Of a stretch of 64,000 nt of DNA, positions 58,192 through 64,000 are shown piece after piece. Source of the stretch: a candidate division WOR-3 bacterium (lineage in GTDB: Bacteria > Hydrothermota > Hydrothermia > JBDRYB01); NCBI GenBank assembly GCA_039803205.1, contig JBDRYB010000001.1, positions 363,413 through 427,412 of the forward strand, given 5' to 3'. Position 1 is the stretch's first letter; each line of letters opens with the position of its first letter. The translations under genes and the position numbers were made by a program. A model generated the notes under the pieces. It made no database searches. It had not been told where the DNA came from and was given only the letters and a program-made list of their open reading frames with translations.

Positions 58192-58232
58192 TTGGTTCGG
58201 TGATCTGTAATTTTGAAACATGCGTGCCCCGC
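58192..58232. repeat. Dispersed intergenic repeat, copy 2
   Basis: TTGGTTCGGTGATCTGTAATTTTGAAACA-TGCGTGCCCCGC; see 33139. Confidence 0.8.
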
Positions 58233-58238
58233 GTTTCC

Positions 58239-59615
58239 CTATTTCCTTATCCTCCTGTAAGGCTCCTTGCTGGGCAGGGAATAATCCGGGTATTTCCCCG
58301 TGAAACACGCGTAGCAAAAACGATCAGCCTCTTCCGCGAGGATCGTTCTCAGGTCGCTTATGTCCAGGTATCTGACCGAATCCGCGCCCAAAAATTCCCT
58401 TATCTCCTCTATTGAACGGCTGGAGGCGAGAAGTTCTTCTTTGGTTGGCATATCTATGCCGAAGAAACAAGGGTGAGTCAAAGGGGGCGATGCTATCCTT
58501 AGGTGAACCTCGCGGGCCCCAAAATCCCGAAGCAGTTCAACTATGAGCCTGCTAGTTGTTCCCCTGACTATGCTGTCATCCACGAGGGCGATGCTTGCGC
58601 CCTCAAGCACTCCTCGCAGCGGCAGTAATTTGTTCCTGACCACATCACGCCGAGAGGTAACTGTGGGCTGGATGAAGCTCCTGCCAACATAGTGGTTTCT
58701 TATGAGAGCCATCTCAAGGGGTTTGCCCGATGCCTCGGAGAAACCCAGGGCCGCGGGGAGCCCTGAATCTGGAACCGGCGAGACAAGGTCTATCTCCATG
58801 TCTTCACGGAGGGCCAGGGCCTTCCCGCAGGCCTTGCGGAATGCATAAGCGCTGTGGCCAAAGATCCTGCTATCCGGCCTTCCGAAATATATGAGCTCAA
58901 AGACGCACTGGGCCTCCGGTAGTGTGATCTCTATCCTGCCAGAGGCGATCTGTTTGCCCTCTCGGAAAACTACTATCTCGCCCCTGGCCATTTCCCTAAT
59001 CGGTTCTGCTCCAACCAGGTTGAAAGCAGAATCCTCGGACGAAAGCACAAACGCGTCCCCGAGTTTCCCGACCCAAAGGGGCCTGAACCCGTGGGGGTCC
59101 CTCACGGCTATGAGGGAGTTGTCGTGAAGGAGAAGGAGAGAATAAGCGCCGGTAAGGGACCTGGCTATGGAATTGAGCCTATTTATGGGGTCTCCCTCCT
59201 CAGTGACATACAGCTTGAAAAGCGCTTCGGTGTCCGAGTCCGTTGAGAATATCATCCCTTTTTCCTCAAGCCTGGCAACGAGCTCGTTCGCGTTTGAGAG
59301 GTTTCCGTTGTGAGCTATAGCGTAGCGTGTTCCCCTGTGAACAGCGACAAAAGGTTGAGCGTTTGCCAGGGCTGATGCGCCGTGGGTTGAATACCGTGTG
59401 TGGCCTATGGCCGCGGTCCCCACTGTATCCCTCAGCGGATTCTGAAACATCACCTGGGGCACGAGACCAACCCCTTTGTGAACCCTAATATCATTCCCAT
59501 CGTGAATGGCCATCCCCGCGGCCTCCTGGCCGCGGTGTTGGAGGGCGAAAAGCCCCTCTGAGATCAAATCGGCCAGCTTATCTGGAGGGCTTGATATTCC
59601 AAATATGCCACACAT
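58239..59615 (-). CDS. purF: Amidophosphoribosyltransferase
   Basis: MCGIFG, LQHRGQE, GHTRYST, HNGN, VDDSIVRGTT. Confidence 0.97.
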   Translation of the reverse strand: MCGIFGISSPPDKLADLISEGLFALQHRGQEAAGMAIHDGNDIRVHKGVGLVPQVMFQNPLRDTVGTAAIGHTRYSTHGASALANAQPFVAVHRGTRYAIAHNGNLSNANELVARLEEKGMIFSTDSDTEALFKLYVTEEGDPINRLNSIARSLTGAYSLLLLHDNSLIAVRDPHGFRPLWVGKLGDAFVLSSEDSAFNLVGAEPIREMARGEIVVFREGKQIASGRIEITLPEAQCVFELIYFGRPDSRIFGHSAYAFRKACGKALALREDMEIDLVSPVPDSGLPAALGFSEASGKPLEMALIRNHYVGRSFIQPTVTSRRDVVRNKLLPLRGVLEGASIALVDDSIVRGTTSRLIVELLRDFGAREVHLRIASPPLTHPCFFGIDMPTKEELLASSRSIEEIREFLGADSVRYLDISDLRTILAEEADRFCYACFTGKYPDYSLPSKEPYRRIRK

Positions 59616-60748
59616 CAGAGCGAACCCTTCACTGCCGAGACTATCTCCCCGGGCGTTATGACCCTGGCGTTCAGCTTGTTTATTCCAATGACCCGTCCTG
59701 AGAAGCGTTTCTTGACCTCCTCGGAGAGCCTTCCCGTGTTCATCTCGGGGACGAATATCTTCTCAAAACGAGAGAAGACTTCGTCCAGCTCCGGGAAAGG
59801 CCAGAGGGTCCTTGGCCTTATAAGCCCAGCCTTTATTCCCTCCTTTCTGAGACGCAGGGCAGCGGCAAACCCAGCCCTCGCGGATACCCCAGCTGAGAAA
59901 ATGAGGACCTCCGCGTCATCGGTCATGTGGGATTCCCAGTCGTCTATCTCGGCCCTGTTTTTCAGTATCTTTCCTGTGAGGTGCTTTATCAGGCGCTCCT
60001 GAGCATGGGGATCCTGGGTTTTTCTCCAACCATAAGCGTCGTGAGTTGAACCCGTTACCAAGAGCGCCTCTCCATCACCGAAAGAGGGCATGCGCGCGAC
60101 CCGGCTCTCGTCCATGTCAAAAGGAGGGCCGTTCCCCTCATTATCCCTCTCGTAGACCTCAATTTCCCCTGGGATGGTGATGTTCTCGCGCAGGTGTGCG
60201 ATGCTCTCCTCGGTCAGGACTATAACAGGAACCCGGAACCTCTCGGAAAGCGAGACCGCTCGCACGCTCAGGTCAAACAGCTCCTGAACTGACCAGGGAT
60301 AGAGAACGATGAGCTCGTAATCGCCTTGTGTTCCCCATCTGACCTGATATATATCGGACTGGGATGGCCTGGTGGCCTGGCCCGTTGCTGGGCCAGCGCG
60401 CTGGACATCTATGAGAACCATCGGTGTTTCTGTTATTATGGCATACCCTATGTTCTCAACCATGAGGGAAAACCCGGGTCCGGAGGTTGCAGTTGCTGAC
60501 TTCACTCCTCCCCAGGACGCGCCTATCACAGCGGATATGGCGGCTATCTCGTCCTCTGCCTGAAAGAAAACCCCGCCTGATTCCCTGAAACGCCGTTCAA
60601 TCGTATACATTATCTCAGAGGCTGGGGTTATAGGGTATCCGCCGAAGAAACGCACACCAGCGCAAAACAGGGCCTCGGCCGCGGCCTCGTTCCCCTGCAT
60701 GAATCCAGGCCCGTGTTTTATCGGAGTCTCATACCTCCTGAGAGGCAA
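59615..60748 (-). CDS. korA: 2-oxoacid:ferredoxin oxidoreductase alpha subunit
   Basis: GNEA, GYPITPAS, QAEDE, TSGPGFSLM.E, QRAGPATG, EMN. Confidence 0.9.
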   Translation of the reverse strand: MPLRRYETPIKHGPGFMQGNEAAAEALFCAGVRFFGGYPITPASEIMYTIERRFRESGGVFFQAEDEIAAISAVIGASWGGVKSATATSGPGFSLMVENIGYAIITETPMVLIDVQRAGPATGQATRPSQSDIYQVRWGTQGDYELIVLYPWSVQELFDLSVRAVSLSERFRVPVIVLTEESIAHLRENITIPGEIEVYERDNEGNGPPFDMDESRVARMPSFGDGEALLVTGSTHDAYGWRKTQDPHAQERLIKHLTGKILKNRAEIDDWESHMTDDAEVLIFSAGVSARAGFAAALRLRKEGIKAGLIRPRTLWPFPELDEVFSRFEKIFVPEMNTGRLSEEVKKRFSGRVIGINKLNARVITPGEIVSAVKGSL

Positions 60749-60959
60749 TTTCCTTCACCTCCGTGGCGAAATCAGGACAATATATCACGCAAAGCTGACA
60801 ACCGTTGCAGTTCTCTGGCCTCGCGACCGTGACCGGTTTGAAACCGCCCGGGCCAGGCAGATCCTCAATTGAAAAGACATCCCTGGGACACATATAAAAG
60901 CAAATGTAGCATCCCTTGCATAGCTCCTGGATTATGATGACCTCAAAGGACTTGTTCAA
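60729..60959 (-). CDS. korD: 2x[4Fe-4S] ferredoxin-like delta subunit
   Basis: CKGCYIC...CP and CNGCQLC...CPDFA. Confidence 0.88.
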   Translation of the reverse strand: MNKSFEVIIIQELCKGCYICFYMCPRDVFSIEDLPGPGGFKPVTVARPENCNGCQLCVIYCPDFATEVKEIASQEV

Positions 60960-61020
60960 GCGTAAATTTTAATTCCGGGCAATGATGGGAGGCAACACCA
61001 ACATGGATTATAATTTGGTC

Positions 61021-61590
61021 ATGATCCTCGTTTCTCTTTTCCTTTACTCGCAGGTGGAGCCTCAGGCAATGGGGCTCGTGGACGCGCTGATAATAGAGGC
61101 GCCAAAGGGCTTGGTTAAGGAGGTTCAGGTTGCCGGCAAGACATACGAGTCCGGATGGAAACCCTGCGGATGGTTGGAGTTCTCTCCGGGGCCGTTCAGC
61201 TTTGTCATTCTGCCGGGGGTGAAGCTTAAGGAGGGCCAGGACATCACCATCGTTTATCCAGATGGCGGAATGAGCATAACGAGGCCCCTGGCAGTGGGTC
61301 AGAAGTTTCTTGCCCTCGCTGATGCGGGCACAGGGACGATCTGCATTATCACCAAGGCCAAGGTATACGAGATAGTTGCAACCCAAGGAGAAGATGAGGT
61401 CTGGTATGCTGATCTCTCTGAGTTCTGGAAATACGACGAGCCAGAATCAGGGGTGGAGCTTCTTGAGGCCGGGGATTGTGGGATATGGGGATACTATGAG
61501 GAGGGTTTATCTCTGAGTCGGGGAACCCTTTCGGTTGAGATCACGGATGCCTCCGGGAAGAAAACCGCTATAAGCGTCGAGGCGCGGTAG
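61021..61590 (+). CDS. Hypothetical exported protein
   Basis: TATAAT 6 nt before ATG 61021; short hydrophobic N-terminus ending SQ. Confidence 0.65.
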   Translation: MILVSLFLYSQVEPQAMGLVDALIIEAPKGLVKEVQVAGKTYESGWKPCGWLEFSPGPFSFVILPGVKLKEGQDITIVYPDGGMSITRPLAVGQKFLALADAGTGTICIITKAKVYEIVATQGEDEVWYADLSEFWKYDEPESGVELLEAGDCGIWGYYEEGLSLSRGTLSVEITDASGKKTAISVEAR

Positions 61591-61631
61591 CCGATAGGAC
61601 TTTTGAATCCCTCACGAGGAGGTTTCTTCTG

Positions 61632-63251
61632 CTATCTAGTAACCGTGAATTTATCCGTAAGCACCCTCTCACCCGCTATTGCTCTGAGGATGTAGACGCC
61701 GGGCTTCTCAATCACTACGGGAATGTTGTGGGCTCCAGAAGCCAATTCCTCAGCCAGCTCAAAAACGAGCGCGCCCTTGGCATCGTAAACCGATATCCTA
61801 ACCAGGCAGGGCTCGGGCAAAAGGAGGGCTATGTTTCCTTTGCCACGCGTAGGGTTGGGAGAGAACCCCAGGCAAAAATCCCTTACCGGCCTTGTCTCAT
61901 CGGCAACCAAAGGCCCCGTCCCATCCCACAGATACACCCAGCACGAGAGGTCAGAAGAGGACGCCTCAAGAAGGCCATCGCCATCAGCATCCCCGAAAGA
62001 AACAGAGGTGTGGAAGGCATATTCAGAATTGCCCCAATCCCAGACTATCGTCCCGGGGGATCCGAAGTATCCGCCCCCAGAAATAACCTTAAACCTCACT
62101 CCAGCAACGGTTGCCACATCAAGGGTGTTATCACCCGTGAACCTCCCAACAGCAGGGGTGGGATCAAAGAAATAGTATGTGGCTCCGAGGGAGGTTGAGA
62201 AGAAGTTAGAGCCTCCGCCCTGAACATCAATGCAGTCTATCTTTGAGCTGAAGGCATCGTGGATGACGACCTCGGCAAACCCGTCTCCCGTGAAGTCTCC
62301 GGTTGATGGAGAGGAATAATTGAATGTGGTATCTGGACCAGGATAGCTCCTCAGGAAAAGAAGCGACCCCCCAGCGCTGAGAACTCCCACCTTCGCTGAA
62401 TCATTGGCGTAAACTATTTCAAGGCCAGGAGAGGATGTGATGTTATCTATCGCTGGAGTTGAACGCACATTCTTTCCGGTCTGATAAGCCCAGATCTGAG
62501 ACCCAGTAAGCGCGTTCAGGCAATAAATGTTCCCGTTGTCAGAACCGCAGACGAGCTCGTATGTGCCGTTGCCGTCAAGGTCGCCAAGTGCAGGAGAGGA
62601 TTGCACATAGGCACCCGTAGGGAAGGACCACCTTTGGTTGTATCCACTACCCGTCCACTCATAGCAACGGATGTCGTTGTCAATTCCGACGAAGATCTCT
62701 GGAAGGCCATCGTTATCAACATCGCAAAGCGCTGGAGAGGAAGCAACCTGATTGCCCGTGTTTATCCAGAGCTCTGTGCCACCGGATTGGTTAAGTATCC
62801 AGAACCCGTTGCTGTGGCCCTCGTCCGATGATGCGCCCACTGCTATTTCATCAACCCCGTCTCCGTCAAGATCCCCTATTGCCGGAGAAGAATAAAGCAC
62901 TACCTGGCCGCCAAGCCTTGTTTGATAGCCGTTGTAATTAAAGATATATATACCCTCGTTCACCGTCTCCTCGTAGTCTCCCCATGTGTCGTATTTCTCG
63001 CTTCCTGGCGAACCAACCAGAACCTCCATCCTGGCGTCGGAGTTGATGTCCTTAAAGGCGGGCGTTGAATACAGGACTATGTCTTCGCCACCATCAGCGT
63101 CCTCTATGAGGTATTTCCATATCAGGGTTCCCGTGCTGAAAGCCCCTTGGCCCGGTGTCCTCCCCGTTCTCTGATAGTCGTGCTTGAACATCCTCCACGC
63201 CGGATCAGCAGGCGAATAGGCCTGCGAAACCAAAGATAGCATCAACAACAT
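61632..63251 (-). CDS. FG-GAP repeat secreted protein with T9SS-like C-terminal domain
   Basis: SSPAxGDxDGDG repeats; PNPTRG...VYDAKGALV...GVYIL...KFTVTR; SD GGGAGGTG. Confidence 0.88.
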   Translation of the reverse strand: MLLMLSLVSQAYSPADPAWRMFKHDYQRTGRTPGQGAFSTGTLIWKYLIEDADGGEDIVLYSTPAFKDINSDARMEVLVGSPGSEKYDTWGDYEETVNEGIYIFNYNGYQTRLGGQVVLYSSPAIGDLDGDGVDEIAVGASSDEGHSNGFWILNQSGGTELWINTGNQVASSPALCDVDNDGLPEIFVGIDNDIRCYEWTGSGYNQRWSFPTGAYVQSSPALGDLDGNGTYELVCGSDNGNIYCLNALTGSQIWAYQTGKNVRSTPAIDNITSSPGLEIVYANDSAKVGVLSAGGSLLFLRSYPGPDTTFNYSSPSTGDFTGDGFAEVVIHDAFSSKIDCIDVQGGGSNFFSTSLGATYYFFDPTPAVGRFTGDNTLDVATVAGVRFKVISGGGYFGSPGTIVWDWGNSEYAFHTSVSFGDADGDGLLEASSSDLSCWVYLWDGTGPLVADETRPVRDFCLGFSPNPTRGKGNIALLLPEPCLVRISVYDAKGALVFELAEELASGAHNIPVVIEKPGVYILRAIAGERVLTDKFTVTR

Positions 63252-63479
63252 ATTACACCTCCCATGATTGGAGACTATATTTTAAGGCTCTGGGTCAAGC
63301 CCGTTCAAGTTTTGCGATCCTTTCCCCCTCTGTGTTATTTCTGATCTCCGACATATCCCCCTGGTCTGAGAAACGACGGGTAGCTCAGCTGAACAGGGCT
63401 CTCATCTACACTACGCCGCGCTCAAATGCCTCGCCGAAGGCCTGGGTAATGTTTCTGGTTTCTAAGCAGGAACGAGCAA

Positions 63480-64000
63480 CTAGTAGAGCCCCTGAACCTG
63501 CTTGTCCTTTGGCCACTCAACGGAGAAGCTTATCTTGGCCTCCCACTTGTCAAGCGCCTTCATCTTTAAGGTCCAGGAGTATATCTTCTTGTCCTTGTCC
63601 TCGGAGTCTGGCTTTGGCTCTATCTTTACCCCTGAGACAGTTATGTCCTTTGTCTTCGGAAGGGGAACCGCCTCATAGAGAACCAGGGTTATCCCCTTCT
63701 TGAGGTAGTTTTCAACCGTTATCTTGTATCCGAGCTCAATCTTGCGCTTATTCCCGAATATCCCCGCCTTGCTCTTGAGCTCCTTGAGGGGCTCGCGTGT
63801 TATCTTTATCCTCTCGTCAGCGCCAAACGCGAGGGTGTCTGCCTGACCAGGAGCGAAATCCGGAAGGTATGTCTTCCCAGTATATTCATCACCAACATAG
63901 AGGAGACACTCTCCGGGAAGATAATGGAAATCAGAGCTGTTCTCAAAGGCACCCGTCAAGTATGCGGTTGGATCAAGCCTCGGATAAGCGTAGAACTCAA
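63480..64000 (-). CDS. DUF4139 / mucoidy-inhibitor MuiA-like protein, C-terminal part (truncated by window edge)
   Basis: AYL.G..N....LPG....Y...Y.G, FGADERI, YKITVEN, VPLP, F.VEWP. Confidence 0.75.
   Translation of the reverse strand, partial: EFYAYPRLDPTAYLTGAFENSSDFHYLPGECLLYVGDEYTGKTYLPDFAPGQADTLAFGADERIKITREPLKELKSKAGIFGNKRKIELGYKITVENYLKKGITLVLYEAVPLPKTKDITVSGVKIEPKPDSEDKDKKIYSWTLKMKALDKWEAKISFSVEWPKDKQVQGLY

Noticed and set aside
1..64000. CRISPR array, rRNA, transposase, integrase, reverse transcriptase or prophage
   Set aside because: No regularly spaced repeats and no ORF with the relevant motifs were seen.

Overview
A gene-dense bacterial chromosome segment with no rRNA, CRISPR array, transposase or integrase. 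The gene content suggests an anaerobic, amino-acid-fermenting diderm, and the protein style resembles candidate phylum WOR-3/FCB relatives (inference, not verified). It carries housekeeping genes (rpiB, ilvE, dxr, dxs, galT, arcC, acpS, ptb, pcrA, tsaB, purE, purF, korA/korD, nikR, archease) and tRNA-Ser(CGA). It also has six secreted proteins with T9SS-like C-terminal domains, a Lol-like ABC operon, and a TetR/TolC/MFP/RND efflux operon with two palindromic operators. A KamA + ATP-grasp pair and two restriction-modification loci are present: an EcoRV-like REase with an m6A MTase and a nearby Dam, and an unassigned REase with an m4C MTase. The most notable non-annotated signals are these. (1) Hairpins behind secreted-protein genes have a conserved loop (AAACCYTRCACCTCCCG) complementary to the ribosome-binding sites of other secreted-protein genes in the window. 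(2) A pervasive TTGnnn-N18-TAnnnT-N6-start leaderless promoter pattern also predicts CTG and ATC starts. (3) Many exported proteins have ultra-short signal peptides with no basic n-region. (4) The McsB-like protein lacks its catalytic motifs. (5) There is an unannotated 32-aa Lys/Ala-rich protein. (6) A ~40-bp intergenic repeat occurs twice. Family assignments come from motif recognition by eye; no database searches were run.
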